Positions 47,723 through 62,712 of a stretch of DNA of 64,000 nucleotides are shown piece by piece. This stretch comes from an uncultured Chloroflexia bacterium (GTDB lineage: Bacteria; Chloroflexota; Limnocylindria; Limnocylindrales; CSP1-4): contig CAVORC010000047.1 in assembly GCA_963698505.1 (NCBI GenBank), positions 495 to 64,494 on the forward strand. The letters are read 5' to 3'. The notes under the pieces were generated by a model. That model did no database searches and was not told the DNA's origin. It worked only from the letters and a program-made list of their open reading frames with translations. The translations under genes were made by a program, and so were the position numbers. Position 1 is the first letter of the stretch. Every line of letters begins with the position of its first letter.

Positions 47723-49045
47723 CTATCGCCCAGGATCGGGTTCGATGCGCGCGCCAAGGTCGAGCAGCTTGCCCTCGATGCCTTCGTAGCCACGGCGCAC
47801 GTGGTGGACGCCGCGGATGGTCGACTGACCCTCCGCCGCGAGAGCGCCGAGGATGAGGGATGCCCCGGCACGCAGGTCGCTCACCTCCACTTCTGCTCCC
47901 TGCAGGGGCGCCGGTCCCTCGATGACCGCGTGGTGGGCATCCTTGATCTGCGCCCGCGCGCCCATCAGGGCCAGGTCGGTGAGCCACTCGAGGCGGTCCT
48001 CGTAGATCGTCTCGTGGACCACGCTGCGGCCGCGCGCCTGCGTCAGCAAGACCCCCGTCGGCGGCTGCAGGTCGGTCGCCAGCCCCGGGTAGGCGGCCGT
48101 GGTGATGTCGGTCGCGGCGTAGGCGCCCGGCTCGGCGCCGCGCACGGTGATGCGGTCGCCGTCGCCGCTGACGTCGACCCCGATGTGGTCGAGGACGTCG
48201 AGGAAGGCGCCCAGGTGCGCCGAGGGCGCGCCGCAGAGCGTGACCTCACCGCCGGTCACGGCAGCCGCCACCGCGAAGGTGCCGGCCTCGATGCGGTCGG
48301 CGATCACGTGATGAGTGGCGCCTCGCAGGCGTCGACGGCCCTCGACCTCGATGACGTCAGGTGCGGTGCGCTCGACCTCGGCGCCCATGTCCTGCAGGAA
48401 GCTGATGAGGTCATCGACCTCAGGCTCCTGTGCCGCCGGCCGGATGGTGGTGTGACCATCGGCCAGCGTGGCCGCGAGGATGGCGTTCTCCGTGCCCATG
48501 ACGGTGACGTGCGGGAACACCACGTCCCCACCGCGCAGGCGTCCGGGGGCCTCGGCGAAGTAGTAGCCGTTGCGGTAGTCGATGCGGGCACCCAGTGCCT
48601 GCATGGCCTCGACATGGAGGTCGACCGGGCGACGGCCGATGCGGTCGCCTCCCGGGTTGCTGATGATGACGCGGCCGAAGCGCGCCAGCAGCGGGCCGAG
48701 CAGGATGAAGCTGGCGCGCATGCGCGCAGCCGCCTCCAGGGGCACGAAGAGCCAGTCGACGTCGCCCGCCGAGACCTCGTAGGTGCTGGGCTCGGGATGA
48801 TCGACCACCACGCCGAGGTCGCTCAGCACCTCGGCCATCAGCGTCACGTCGGCGATCTCGGGCACGTTGGTGAAGCGGCAGCGCTCCCCGGTCAGGGTGG
48901 CCGCGGCGAGCAGCTTCAGCGCGGCATTCTTGGAGCCGCTGATGGGCACGTCGCCGCGCAGCGGCGCGCCACCCTCGATGCGGATGGTCTCCTGCGGCAC
49001 CGCCGGCGCCTGGTACTCCCAGTGGAAGGGCCGAGTCTCTGCCAT
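47723..49045 (-). CDS. murA: UDP-N-acetylglucosamine 1-carboxyvinyltransferase
   Basis: [26 protein letters not shown]...[13 protein letters not shown].... 440 aa. Confidence 0.95.
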   Translation of the reverse strand: MAETRPFHWEYQAPAVPQETIRIEGGAPLRGDVPISGSKNAALKLLAAATLTGERCRFTNVPEIADVTLMAEVLSDLGVVVDHPEPSTYEVSAGDVDWLFVPLEAAARMRASFILLGPLLARFGRVIISNPGGDRIGRRPVDLHVEAMQALGARIDYRNGYYFAEAPGRLRGGDVVFPHVTVMGTENAILAATLADGHTTIRPAAQEPEVDDLISFLQDMGAEVERTAPDVIEVEGRRRLRGATHHVIADRIEAGTFAVAAAVTGGEVTLCGAPSAHLGAFLDVLDHIGVDVSGDGDRITVRGAEPGAYAATDITTAAYPGLATDLQPPTGVLLTQARGRSVVHETIYEDRLEWLTDLALMGARAQIKDAHHAVIEGPAPLQGAEVEVSDLRAGASLILGALAAEGQSTIRGVHHVRRGYEGIEGKLLDLGARIEPDPGR

Positions 49046-49085
49046 GGCGCTAAGTCTCAGCCATCAGGCCGTTCGGCGCTGATGG

Positions 49086-49514
49086 CTAGCGGCGCTGACG
49101 CGGACCCTCGCGGTGCCGACGCTCGGCGACACGGATGCGCAGCAGCGCTCGCTCCATGGCGGCGCGTGCCCGCGCCAGGTCAGCCGGCTCGTCGAAGCCC
49201 GCCTGGATGGCCCGCTCGGCCTCGTTGCGCGCCTCCTCGGCCGCCTCCAGGTCGATCTCCGAGGAGAGGTCGGCCAGCTCGGCCATGACCACGACCTTGT
49301 CCGGTCGCACCTGCACGAAGCCGCCGGCGATGGCGAAGAACTCCTCGTCGCTGCCCTTGCGGATGCGCAGCTCGCCGACACCGAGCATGGACAGCAGCGG
49401 CGCGTGGTGAGGCAGCACGCCGAGCTCGCCCTCGACGCCCGGGCAGAAGACCGCGTCGACCTCGTCCGAGTAGGCCAGGCGCTCGGGTGTGACGATCTCC
49501 AGCTGCAGCGGCAT
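49086..49514 (-). CDS. atpC: F1 ATP synthase epsilon subunit
   Basis: LQLEIVTPERLAYSDEVDAVFCPGVEGELGVLPHHAPL. Confidence 0.9.
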   Translation of the reverse strand: MPLQLEIVTPERLAYSDEVDAVFCPGVEGELGVLPHHAPLLSMLGVGELRIRKGSDEEFFAIAGGFVQVRPDKVVVMAELADLSSEIDLEAAEEARNEAERAIQAGFDEPADLARARAAMERALLRIRVAERRHREGPRQRR

Positions 49515-49552
49515 GGGCTAGGCCTCCGGGCTCGCAGTCGGCATGGGGCGGG

Positions 49553-51860
<2,308 letters not shown>

Positions 51861-51912
51861 GAGGGCCTGGCGTCCTCCTCTTGGCGGCGACCGTGCTTGG
51901 GCCGCCGGTGGG

Positions 51913-53445
<1,533 letters not shown>

Positions 53446-53470
53446 GCGTCGTTCCTTCTGGGCGGTGGCG

Positions 53471-54017
53471 TCAGATAGCGATGTTCGAGAGATCGTGGCG
53501 CATACGTTCGAGGCGACCGCGCACGGAGCCGTCGATGAGCTGGTCGCCGAAGCGGACGACGATGCCGCCGAGCAGCGTGGGGTCGACGGCCTGGCTGAGC
53601 TCCACGCGCTTGCCGGTGATGGCGACGAGGCGCTCCTGCAGCGCGTCCACTTCGCTGACTTCGAGCGCCGAGGCCGACGTGACGGTGGCTTCGACGATGC
53701 CCTCTCGCAGCCGGTACAGGCGCCTGAACTCGCGGATGACCCCGGGCAGCAGCTCGAACCGTCCGCGACGCACCATCAGGGCCAGCAGGTTGAGCTGGGG
53801 GCCGGCGACCTCGTCAGCGACGATGCGCTCCAGCGCCTGCACCCGCGCCGTCGGGGGGATGGCCGGGTTGGACAGCAGGCGCATCACCTCGCCACCGACG
53901 AGACGCTCCTCGGCGATCACGCAGCGCCGCCAGCCAGGCCTCCATCGAGTCATCGCGCTCGGCGATCTCGAAGGCGGCCTCAGCGTAGCGACGCGCCGTG
54001 CTGCGGGCTAGCGCCAT
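53471..54017 (-). CDS. atpH: F1 ATP synthase delta subunit; one apparent frameshift near 53925
   Basis: The N-terminal piece is [13 protein letters not shown] (ORF 53814-54017). The rest is LSNPAIP...[26 protein letters not shown] (ORF 53471-53953). Confidence 0.85.
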
Positions 54018-54042
54018 GCGTCAGCCGTCCGTCCTGCTGCCA

Positions 54043-54624
54043 TCAGTTGCGGTCGTCTCCCGCGGGTGCCTGTGCCGAGACCTGTGCCAGGAACTCGTCG
54101 ACGAGGCGCTTCTCGCGTTCGTTGCTCATGGTCTCGCCAACGACCTTGCCGGCCGCCATGAGCGCCAGGTCGGCGACCTGGCTGCGCACATCGGCGAGGG
54201 CGCGCTTGCGCTCGGCGTCGATCTCCGCCACGGCGCGTTCGCGCATGCGGTCGATCTCCGCCTGCGTCGCGGCCAGGCCCTTGGCTCGCTCGTCGTCGGC
54301 GACCTTCTGGGCACGCTGCACGATCTCGCCGGCCTCGCGCCGAGCCTCGTGCAGGATCCCCTGGCGCTGGTCCGCCGCGGCCTCGCGGTCACGGCGGGCG
54401 GCGTCGGCGTCCTTGAGGCCCTGCTCGATGCGCTCACGACGCTCTTCGAGCCGCTTGCCCACCGGCATCAGCACGACGCGATAGGCGATCAGCGCGAAGA
54501 TGATGAAGTTCAGCCCGGCGACGATGATCCAGAAGAGGTTGATCGTCAGCCCGGCACCTTCAGCCTCCGCCGAGAACGCCGCGCCGGGCTCGTCGAGCAC
54601 CTGCGCGAGAGCGAGGACTCCCAT
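54043..54624 (-). CDS. atpF: F0 ATP synthase b subunit
   Basis: A single N-terminal TM followed by a long charged helix, located between atpE and atpH. Confidence 0.85.
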   Translation of the reverse strand: MGVLALAQVLDEPGAAFSAEAEGAGLTINLFWIIVAGLNFIIFALIAYRVVLMPVGKRLEERRERIEQGLKDADAARRDREAAADQRQGILHEARREAGEIVQRAQKVADDERAKGLAATQAEIDRMRERAVAEIDAERKRALADVRSQVADLALMAAGKVVGETMSNEREKRLVDEFLAQVSAQAPAGDDRN

Positions 54625-54645
54625 CGATATGGCCTGTCTCGCGCG

Positions 54646-54861
54646 CTAGAGGAGCGCGATCAGGAGGCCGACCACCAGCGCGATGACGCCGAGGCCCTCA
54701 GCGAACGCGGCCATGAGCACGGCCAGCGAGCGGATCTGCTCTCCGGCGTCCGGGTTGCGACCGATGGCGCTCGAGGACATGCCGGCGAGGATGCCGATGC
54801 CGAGGGCCGGGCCGATGATCGAAAGGATGGCGATACCGGCGCCGAGCGGTGCCAGGTCCAT
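54646..54861 (-). CDS. atpE: F0 ATP synthase c subunit
   Basis: 71-aa two-helix proteolipid, ...GRNPDAGEQIRSLAVLMAAFAEGLGV.... Confidence 0.9.
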   Translation of the reverse strand: MDLAPLGAGIAILSIIGPALGIGILAGMSSSAIGRNPDAGEQIRSLAVLMAAFAEGLGVIALVVGLLIALL

Positions 54862-54925
54862 GTGTCTGTCTCCTCCTTCGAGAGGTTGCTGGGAGGTCGG
54901 AACCCTCGTCCGACGGCTCGCGGGG

Positions 54926-55949
54926 CTAGTTGCCGGCCGGCGCCGGCTGGCTGGATGGGTGGGCCGCGTCGAGGATCTCTTCCGCGGTGTGTCCCTCTTC
55001 GTGATGGTGGCTCTCGATGGCGATCAGCGTGAAGACGAGCGTCAGCGTACTGAAGATGAGGGCCTGCACGAAGGTCAGGATGATCTCGAGGCCGTAGATG
55101 GCCACGGGGATGACGGCGATGGCCAGGCTGGTGATGACCGCCAGGGCCACCTCGCCACCGTAGATGTTGCCGAAGAGTCGGACGGACAGCGTGACCGGCT
55201 TGATGAACTCGAGGATGAGCTCGATGAAGCCCACGAACATGGCGATGAGGCCAGCGCCGATGCCCTGCCTGAACTCGTAGACCGGGAAGAACTTGGACAT
55301 GTAGCCGCCGACGCCAAGGCGCCGGAAGCCTTCCAGCTGGAAGAAGCCGAACGCCACCAGCGCCAGCCCGATGGTCACGTTCAGGTCGCTGGTCGGCGCC
55401 CGCAAGCCCTGGACGAGCCCGATGGGGGGCACCAGACCGCTCCAGTTGAAGGCCAGGATGAGGACGAAGAAGGAAGCGAAGACGGGGATGTACGGGAGGG
55501 CACGCGAGCCGCCCATGCCGCGACCCCAGCCGGTCAGCGATTCGTAGGCCCACTCCACGAAGTTCTGGAAGAAGCCGGGGACGGGTGCCTTGCCGCGACT
55601 GACGAGGATCATCACCAGCAGCAGGACGGCCGTGACGAGGAGCATGGTGAAGAGCGTGTCGGTGATGCTGATCTCGAAGATGCCGCCGCTCGCCTCCTCG
55701 CCGCTGGCGGTCCAGATGACGTGTGGGCTGGGGAAGTGCAGGGTGCCGTTGATGAGGCAGGCGGAGTCGGCGATGCTGCAGGTGTCCTCGGGCGACTCCC
55801 GGCTCGAACGGCGGCACGAGCAGGAAGGCGAAGATGTCGATGACAACGACGAGGATGAGGCCGGCCACGATGAGGCCGACACGACTGCGCTTCTTGCCCT
55901 CAGGCGCCGACGCTTCGCTCTGCTCCACTGGCTCGCTTGCCACGCTCAC
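54926..55949 (-). CDS. atpB: F0 ATP synthase a subunit with N-terminal extension; one apparent frameshift near 55800
   Basis: The C-terminal core is LSVRLFGNIYGGEV..., carrying the conserved Arg. The N-terminal TM segment lies in overlapping ORF 54660-55949 and joins at a GGG run. Confidence 0.85.
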
Positions 55950-55980
55950 TCCTGCGCTGCACGTGCCGGTCGAGCACGTC

Positions 55981-56226
55981 TCATGCGTCCTTCATGTTCT
56001 TCAGGAACCGATCGACGAGTCGCCAATCGATCACCGCCCCCAGCACGACACCAAGAACGAAGCCCGCGACCAGGATGAAGGGATAGGTACCCAGCTGCTG
56101 ATCCAGCCACCGACCGGCGAGCGCGCCGCCGAGTGTGGTCACGAACAGGACGATCCCGATCTCGGAGAAGAGGGCGAGGTATCCGACTGCCTTCCCGTGA
56201 CCTTCCTTGATGCCCGCCTTGGGCGG
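55981..56226 (-). CDS. AtpZ/AtpI-like small membrane protein of the atp operon (start uncertain)
   Basis: My translation of the minus strand: ...GYLALFSEIGIVLFVTTLGGALAGRWLDQQLGTYPFILVAGFVLGVVLGAVIDWRLVDRFLKNMKDA*. This is a two-TM pattern typical of AtpZ. There is no clean start codon in frame. Confidence 0.5.
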   Translation of the reverse strand, partial: PPKAGIKEGHGKAVGYLALFSEIGIVLFVTTLGGALAGRWLDQQLGTYPFILVAGFVLGVVLGAVIDWRLVDRFLKNMKDA

Positions 56227-56260
56227 GGCAGAGTATACCAGCCCCGCTCGGACGCTCTCG

Positions 56261-57490
56261 TCACGCGGTCGCCCTAGCGCCGCTCAGGGCCTCCGGGCGG
56301 CGGCGCGTCAGCTGGCGCAGCGGGTCGACAGGCCCAGCGGCGTCCTCCTCGCCGGCGAGCAGCGACGGGCCCTCGGGATAGGAGCTGGCCTCGAGCGCGT
56401 CATCCGGCCCGACGCGGAACGTCACCAGCAGCAGCAGCACGCCCGAGGCGATGACGATGGCCATGAACGCGTACAGCGGGCCTGAGCCACCGGCCAGCAC
56501 CAGGCTGAGCACGGCCAGCAGCGTGGTCATGGCATAGATGAGCAGCACCGCACCCTTGTGGCTGAGGCCCAGGTCGAGGAGACGATGGTGGAAGTGGCCA
56601 CGGTCCGGCGTGAAGGGAGATTGGCGGTTGAGCAGCCGCCGGGTGATGATCCAGAACGTGTCGATGATGGGCACACCCAGGATCAGCAGCGCCACGGGGA
56701 TCTTGGCCGAGCCCAGGATGGCCAGCACGGCGAGCAGATAGCCCACCACCATCACGCCGGTCGTACCGATGAAGACCTTCGCCGGATTGAAGTTCCAGGG
56801 CAGGTAGCCCAGCAGGGCACCGGCCAGCACCGCACAGAGCAGCGCGACGAGCGGCTCGTACGCCGATTCGAAGCCGAACGAGACGAAGCCCAGGGTCAGG
56901 GCGGCGATGATGGCCACGCCCGTGGAGAGGCCATCGAGGCCGTCGATGAAGTTGATGCTGTTGATCATGCCCACGATCCACAGCGCGGTCACGAGCCCGG
57001 CACCGACCCCGGCAAAGGTGAGGGTGCCACCGCCGACGACATCGCCGAGGAAGTCGAGCGGGTTGTTGACGGCCACGATGGCGAGGCCGAGCCCGATGGC
57101 GAAGATGGCCAGCGCCACCTGCAGGGCGAACTGCCAGCGTGCGCGGATCTGCCATCTGTCGTCGACGTAGCCGAAGACGGCGGCCAGCACGGCACCGCCA
57201 AAGACCGCGAGCAGCTCGTTCTGGTCGAGCTGCCGCCAGGGAAAGACCCTGAAGAACTCGAACTGGCCCTGCAGGAGCAGCGCTGCCAGCCCGATGACCA
57301 CGAAGGCCGCGGCGACGGCCAGGCCGCCTGCGCGCGGGATGGGCCGGAGGTGGATCCGGCGGCCGGAGTCCGGCTCGTCGATGGCGCCGCTGCGGGTGGC
57401 GAAGCGCATCGCCCAGGGCGTCAGCAGGAACGCCACCACCGCTGCGGCCGCGCCCGCCGCGAGGACGTACGGCAGCGCCTCGAGGTTCAC
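56261..57490 (-). CDS. Polyprenyl-phosphate N-acetylhexosamine-1-phosphate transferase (MraY/WecA/TagO family, GT4)
   Basis: [20 protein letters not shown]...[12 protein letters not shown]...[12 protein letters not shown]. Confidence 0.85.
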   Translation of the reverse strand: MNLEALPYVLAAGAAAAVVAFLLTPWAMRFATRSGAIDEPDSGRRIHLRPIPRAGGLAVAAAFVVIGLAALLLQGQFEFFRVFPWRQLDQNELLAVFGGAVLAAVFGYVDDRWQIRARWQFALQVALAIFAIGLGLAIVAVNNPLDFLGDVVGGGTLTFAGVGAGLVTALWIVGMINSINFIDGLDGLSTGVAIIAALTLGFVSFGFESAYEPLVALLCAVLAGALLGYLPWNFNPAKVFIGTTGVMVVGYLLAVLAILGSAKIPVALLILGVPIIDTFWIITRRLLNRQSPFTPDRGHFHHRLLDLGLSHKGAVLLIYAMTTLLAVLSLVLAGGSGPLYAFMAIVIASGVLLLLVTFRVGPDDALEASSYPEGPSLLAGEEDAAGPVDPLRQLTRRRPEALSGARATA

Positions 57491-58785
57491 GCCTTAGGCA
57501 GCCCCGGCACGGGGAAGCGGGCGCAGATCTCCTTCACCTCGCGACGAACGGAATCGAGCACGGCCTCATCGGTCCTGCCCTGCAGGGTCCGCGCGATGAG
57601 CTCGCCGACCTGGCGCATCTCCGGCGGGCCGAAGCCGCGGGTGGTCGTGGCAGGCGTGCCCACGCGGATGCCCGAGGCCGTGTTCGGCGGCAGCGGGTCG
57701 AAGGGGATGGCGTTCTTGTTGACCGTGATGCCGACCTCGTCGAGCAGCTCCTCGGCCTCCGTTCCAGTCACGCCAAGCGGCGTCACGTCGACGAGGATGA
57801 GGTGGTTGTCCGTGCCGCCCGAGACGAGCTCGGCACCATGGGCCAGCAGGGTCTCAGCGAGCACGGCGGCGTTCTCGACGGTGCGCCGCTGATCCTCGCG
57901 GAACTCGTCGCTGTCAGCTTCGAGCAGCGCCACGGCCTTGGCGGCGATGACATGCATCAGCGGCCCACCCTGAGTGCCCGGAAAGACGGCGCGGTCGATG
58001 TGCCGGGCCAGCCTGGCGGTGCCGAAGATCATGCCGCCGCGCGGGCCGCGGAGCGTCTTGTGCGTGGTGGTGGTGACGATGTCGGCATGGCCGAAGGGGC
58101 TGGGGTGCTGGCCGGCCGCGATGAGACCAGCGATGTGGGCCATGTCCACGAACAGCAGCGCGTCCACGCCATGCGCGATGGCCGCCATACGCTCGAAATC
58201 GATGAGTCGCGGGTAGGCGCTCGCGCCCGCCACCAGCAGCTTGGGCCTGACCTCGCGGGCCTGCCGCTCGAGCGCGTCGTAGTCGATGCGGCTGTCAGCC
58301 TCAGAGACGCCGTACGCGTGCACGTCGAAGAAGCGGCCGCTGAAGTTGATGGGGTGTCCGTGCGTGAGGTGCCCACCGTGCGCCAGGCTCATGCCCAGGA
58401 TGCGGTCGCCGTGGTCAAGGACCGCGAGGTAGGCCGCGATGTTGGCCTGCGCGCCCGAATGGGGCTGGACGTTGACGAACTCGGAGCCGGGGAAGAGGGC
58501 CAGGGCGCGCTCCTCGGCCAGGCGCTCGACGACATCGACGAACTCGCAGCCGCCGTAGTAGCGCTTGCCCGGCTGGCCCTCGGCGTACTTGTTGGTGAGC
58601 CAGCTGCCGGCCGCCTCGAGCACCGCTCGCGAGGTGTAGTTCTCACTCGCGATGAGCTCGATCTTCCAGGTCTGGCGCTCGCGCTCCGCGAGCATCGCGG
58701 CCCACAGCTCGGGGTCCACGCTGGCGATGGGGGCATCGGCCAGCTGGCGATATGAGGTAGGGGTCATCGGTGCTCCGTTGGTCAT
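57487..58785 (-). CDS. glyA: Serine hydroxymethyltransferase
   Basis: [16 protein letters not shown]...[14 protein letters not shown]. Confidence 0.97.
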   Translation of the reverse strand: MTNGAPMTPTSYRQLADAPIASVDPELWAAMLAERERQTWKIELIASENYTSRAVLEAAGSWLTNKYAEGQPGKRYYGGCEFVDVVERLAEERALALFPGSEFVNVQPHSGAQANIAAYLAVLDHGDRILGMSLAHGGHLTHGHPINFSGRFFDVHAYGVSEADSRIDYDALERQAREVRPKLLVAGASAYPRLIDFERMAAIAHGVDALLFVDMAHIAGLIAAGQHPSPFGHADIVTTTTHKTLRGPRGGMIFGTARLARHIDRAVFPGTQGGPLMHVIAAKAVALLEADSDEFREDQRRTVENAAVLAETLLAHGAELVSGGTDNHLILVDVTPLGVTGTEAEELLDEVGITVNKNAIPFDPLPPNTASGIRVGTPATTTRGFGPPEMRQVGELIARTLQGRTDEAVLDSVRREVKEICARFPVPGLPKA

Positions 58786-58820
58786 TGCCTGCGCCTGAGC
58801 CAGTGTACTCGCGGCCGTGG

Positions 58821-59461
58821 TCAGTCTCCCTCCGCGGCCGCCGCGAGCACTGCCTCGTCGATGGCGCCAGCCCGCAGGATGCGCCAGCTGTCGTCGCCAT
58901 CGACCGCCACCACCGTCGATGCGGTGCCGCCGCGAACGGGGCCATCGTCGATGACGAGCGCCAGCGAGTGCCCCACGCTGGCGATCAGCGCGGCGGCCGT
59001 CTGGGCCGGAGGCTCGCCGCTACGGTTGGCCGATGTCACCGCGATGGGCCCCAGGGCTCGCGCCAGCGCCCGCGGCAGCGGGATGATCGGGGATGCGCAG
59101 GCCGAGAGCTGCCGCGGCCGCCCGTCACCGCTGTCGGGACCAGCTCCGGGTGGCGCAGGGGCAGCACCAGCGTCAGGGCGCCCGGCCAGAGATGCTCGGC
59201 CAGACGTCGTGCCGTGGGGCTCAGCTCCACCAGCATGTCGACCTGGTCGAGCCCGTCGATGAGCAGCGCGATGCCCTTCTCATCGGGACGCTGCTTGGCC
59301 CGGATGACCGCCTCCAGCGCTGCCGGCTGCGGCACGACGCCGATGCCGTAGACGGTCTCGGTCGGCAGCCCCACGATCCCGCCCGCCTGCAGCGCCGCCA
59401 TGGCTGCCGCGAGCGTGTCCGGATCGGAGGCCGGCAGGATGGCCGGCCGGACCTCAGTCAT
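58821..59461 (-). CDS. tsaC: L-threonylcarbamoyladenylate synthase (YrdC/TsaC-type); two apparent frameshifts (about 59081 and 59102)
   Basis: [16 protein letters not shown]...[10 protein letters not shown] / LRIPDHP (third frame) / [20 protein letters not shown]. Confidence 0.8.
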
Positions 59462-60375
59462 GCCGGCGCTCCAGTAGCGCGACGCGAGGGCTGCCCGAGA
59501 GGTCGGGGTGGATGGTGCAGGTCCAGGCAGGCAGCAGCGCGGCGGCCGCAGCCGTCGATCTGCTCCGCCTGGTCGCTGCCGATCTCGAGCAGGGCCGCCG
59601 CCGCCGGGCTCAGCACGTCGGGCAGCCGGGAGAGGAGTCGGCGCACGAGGTCGAGGCCGTCAGCGCCGCCGTCAAGGGCCACGCGCGGCTCGAAGCTGGC
59701 CGCCACCGGCAGGGCGGGGAGCGCCGCCGAAGGGATGTAGGGCAGGTTCGCCAGCAGGAGGTCAGCGGGCCCCGGAGGGTACGGAGCGACCTCGGTCAGA
59801 TCCCCCTCGGCGAACGTGAACAGGTGTGCCAGGCCCTGTGCGACCACGTTCACCGTGGCCACGTCGCGCGCGTCACCGGAGATGTCGCTGACGAAGAAGC
59901 GGACGACATCGCCGTAGCGACGACGACGCAGCTCGGCCGCGATGGCCACGGCGATGGCGCCGGAGCCGGTGCCCAGGTCCCACACCAGGTAGGGGTCGGC
60001 TCCGCGCTCCCGGGGAGCAGCGGTAAGGTCGGCGGTGATGCGTGCCAGCGCCAGCTCCACCAGCGCCTCCGTCTCCGGCCGCGGGATGAGCACTCGCGGA
60101 TCGACGGAGATGGCGCTGCCGTAGAACTCCTTGATGCCGCGGATGTAGGCCACCGGCTCGCCCGTCTCGCGGCGCGCCAGGTGAGCCTCGAAGCGCTCGA
60201 GCTGCCCACTGGGCAGGACGGCCTCGGGATGTGCTGCGAGGGCGCTGCGGTCGACGCCGAGCACGTGCGCCAGGAGCACCTCTGCGTCGAGGCGCGCGGT
60301 CTCCGAGCCGGCAGCCTGGAGCCGGGTGCTGGCAGCCGCCAGCAGGTCGCCGACGCGCTGCGGAGGGCTCTCCAC
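59458..60375 (-). CDS. prmC: Release-factor glutamine methyltransferase (PrmC/HemK)
   Basis: REPVAYIRGIKEFYG..., SAM motif WDLGTGSGAIAV. The catalytic tetrapeptide reads NLPY instead of the usual NPPY. Confidence 0.85.
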   Translation of the reverse strand: MESPPQRVGDLLAAASTRLQAAGSETARLDAEVLLAHVLGVDRSALAAHPEAVLPSGQLERFEAHLARRETGEPVAYIRGIKEFYGSAISVDPRVLIPRPETEALVELALARITADLTAAPRERGADPYLVWDLGTGSGAIAVAIAAELRRRRYGDVVRFFVSDISGDARDVATVNVVAQGLAHLFTFAEGDLTEVAPYPPGPADLLLANLPYIPSAALPALPVAASFEPRVALDGGADGLDLVRRLLSRLPDVLSPAAAALLEIGSDQAEQIDGCGRRAAACLDLHHPPRPLGQPSRRATGAPA

Positions 60376-60392
60376 GTCGGGCCCCGCTGCGC

Positions 60393-61490
60393 CTAGGCTG
60401 CCGTGCCCGACTGACCCTCGAGCGAGGCCAGCCGATCGGCCTGGTCGGCGGTGATGAGCGCCTCGATGAGCCTGTCGAGGTCGCCATCGAGCACGCCGGG
60501 GAGGCCATGCACATCGAGGTTGATGCGATGGTCGGTGATGCGGTCCTGGGGGAAGTTGTAGGTGCGGATCTTCTCGGACCGCTCCCCGGACCCGACCATC
60601 AGCCGGCGCGCCTCCGCCTCTTCCTCCTGCGCCTTTCGCTGCTCCATCTCGAGGAGCCGCGCGCGCAGCACGGACATGGCCTTGGCCTTGTTCTTGTGCT
60701 GGCTCTTCTCGTCCTGGATCTCGACGACCAGGCCGCTCGGCAGGTGCGTGATGCGGACCGCAGAGTCGGTCGTGTTGACCGACTGCCCACCGGGCCCGGA
60801 GGCACGCTTGACGTCGATGCGCAGGTCGCGAGCCTCATCGATCGCGATGTCGACCTCGTCGGCCTTGGGCAGCACGGCCACCGTGGCCGTGGAGGTGTGG
60901 ATGCGGCCGCTCGACTCGGTCTCCGGCACACGCTGCACGCGGTGCACCCCGCCCTCGTACTTGAGCCGGCTCCAGGCGCCCTGGCCGCTGATCTCGAAGA
61001 TGACCTCGCGCAGGCCCTTGACGCCCGACTCCGAGGTGGCCAGCGTCTCCGTCTTCCAGCGTTGCCGCTCGGCGTAGCGGGCATACATGCGGAAGAGGTC
61101 GGCTGCGAAGATGGCCGCCTCCTCGCCGCCGGTGCCGCCGCGGATCTCGATGATGACGTCACGCTCGTCGTTGGGGTCGGGCGGCAGCAGCTGGACGCGC
61201 AGCTCCTCGCCCAGCCGGGCCTCCTCGGACTCGTTCTCGGCGATGATCTCGCGAGCCATCTCCTTCAGCTCGGGATCGGCTTCGGACTGCAGGTCGCGGC
61301 GGGCGGCAGCCAGCTCGGCCTGCACCGCGCGCAACCGACGATGGTTCTCGACGATGGGACCGATGCGCGCCTGCTCGCGACCCAGCTTGCGGCTGCGGGC
61401 GGGGTCGGCGGCGACCTCCGGGTCGGCCCATTCGGCTTCGATCTCGACGAGGCGACGCTCCAGCTCGTCGAGCCGGGCTTCCAGGCTCAT
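60393..61490 (-). CDS. prfA: Peptide chain release factor 1
   Basis: [47 protein letters not shown]. Confidence 0.97.
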   Translation of the reverse strand: MSLEARLDELERRLVEIEAEWADPEVAADPARSRKLGREQARIGPIVENHRRLRAVQAELAAARRDLQSEADPELKEMAREIIAENESEEARLGEELRVQLLPPDPNDERDVIIEIRGGTGGEEAAIFAADLFRMYARYAERQRWKTETLATSESGVKGLREVIFEISGQGAWSRLKYEGGVHRVQRVPETESSGRIHTSTATVAVLPKADEVDIAIDEARDLRIDVKRASGPGGQSVNTTDSAVRITHLPSGLVVEIQDEKSQHKNKAKAMSVLRARLLEMEQRKAQEEEAEARRLMVGSGERSEKIRTYNFPQDRITDHRINLDVHGLPGVLDGDLDRLIEALITADQADRLASLEGQSGTAA

Positions 61491-62698
61491 GCGCCCTCCG
61501 TGGCGCCTCCGGCGCGCGGCCTGGCGGCCCCAGCCTCATCGGCCGCGGCCGTCGTGGCCTTGCCGTCAGGGGCGGCCGCATCCGGCGCGGGCAGCGGATC
61601 CGGTGTCGCGGCATCGCCGGCCTCGGTCGCGGTGTCGCCACGCTCGCTCGCGGCCTCCTCGGCCTCGATGCGTGCCTCCATCTCCTTGGCCAGCTCTCCC
61701 ACATCGGGGATCGGTTCGCGCACGGGATCGAGGCTACCCGCGGGCGCCGTCTCGCCGTTGGCGGCCAGCGCCTCCTGCATGGCGCACACGGCGATCTCGA
61801 TCATCGAGTCGTCGGGCTGCTTGGTGGTGATGCGCTGGACCCAGATGCCGGGCAGGAAGAGCAGGTGCCAGAAGCCCGAGTCGCGACGCTTGGCGCCGAA
61901 CTTCAGCACCTCGTACGAGACCGCTGCGATGACCGGCACCAGCAGCACGCGGCCCAGGATGGCGATCCACAGGTCGGCCCCGGCCAGCAGGCTGAAGAGC
62001 AGGATGCTGACGAGGATGAAGATGACCAGGAACTCCGTCCCGCAGCGCGGATGCGCGGTGGGGAACTTGCGGACGTTGTCGACCGTCAGCGGCAGGTCGG
62101 ACTCGAGCGTGTGGATGGTCATGTGCTCGGCGCCGTGGTACTGGAAGACCCGGCCGATCTCCGCGGAGCGACTGACCAGGGCCAGGTAGCCGACGAAGAT
62201 GAAGACGCGGACGAGTCCCTCGAGGATATGCACGAGGAAGGACTCCCAGCCGCTGTCGACCTCGCCGACGATGAGCGACACCCCGCCCTGCGCCACCAGC
62301 AGGGGCAGCAGCACGAAGAGACCGACGGCCAGGCCGACGGTGAAGAGCATCGTCAGCGCGATGGCCTTGCCACCGAAGGCGACGCCCTCGCCGGCAGCGG
62401 CGAGCGAGCCCGACTTCATCAGCCAGCGCGTCCCGATGACGAGCGTCTCGTAGAGCACGACGACGCCCCGGAAGAATGGAGCGCGCGCGAAGCGGTTGCG
62501 ATGGAGAACGCTGTCGAGCTTCTCCTGGCCGGCGAAGATCTGTCCATCCGGGCCGCGCACGGCCACGCCGATGGCTTCCTTGCCGCGCATGTAGACGCCC
62601 TCCATGAGGGCCTGCCCGCCATACGCGAAGCGGGGTGCAGCAGCCGCGTCGCCACTCAGCGGGGCGGCTGTCCCCTGCCCTGCCGGCGACTGGGTCAC
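61487..62698 (-). CDS. DUF1385 family membrane protein with acidic C-terminal extension
   Basis: YGGQALMEGVYMRG...FQYHGAEHMTIHTLE...HPRCGTEFL. It occupies the conserved position between rpmE and prfA. Confidence 0.75.
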   Translation of the reverse strand: MTQSPAGQGTAAPLSGDAAAAPRFAYGGQALMEGVYMRGKEAIGVAVRGPDGQIFAGQEKLDSVLHRNRFARAPFFRGVVVLYETLVIGTRWLMKSGSLAAAGEGVAFGGKAIALTMLFTVGLAVGLFVLLPLLVAQGGVSLIVGEVDSGWESFLVHILEGLVRVFIFVGYLALVSRSAEIGRVFQYHGAEHMTIHTLESDLPLTVDNVRKFPTAHPRCGTEFLVIFILVSILLFSLLAGADLWIAILGRVLLVPVIAAVSYEVLKFGAKRRDSGFWHLLFLPGIWVQRITTKQPDDSMIEIAVCAMQEALAANGETAPAGSLDPVREPIPDVGELAKEMEARIEAEEAASERGDTATEAGDAATPDPLPAPDAAAPDGKATTAAADEAGAARPRAGGATEGA

Positions 62699-62712
62699 GT
62701 CGTGACTTCGGC

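Noticed and set aside
60231-62189. 652-aa plus ORF
   Set aside because: It is antisense to prfA and the DUF1385 gene. No motifs are present.
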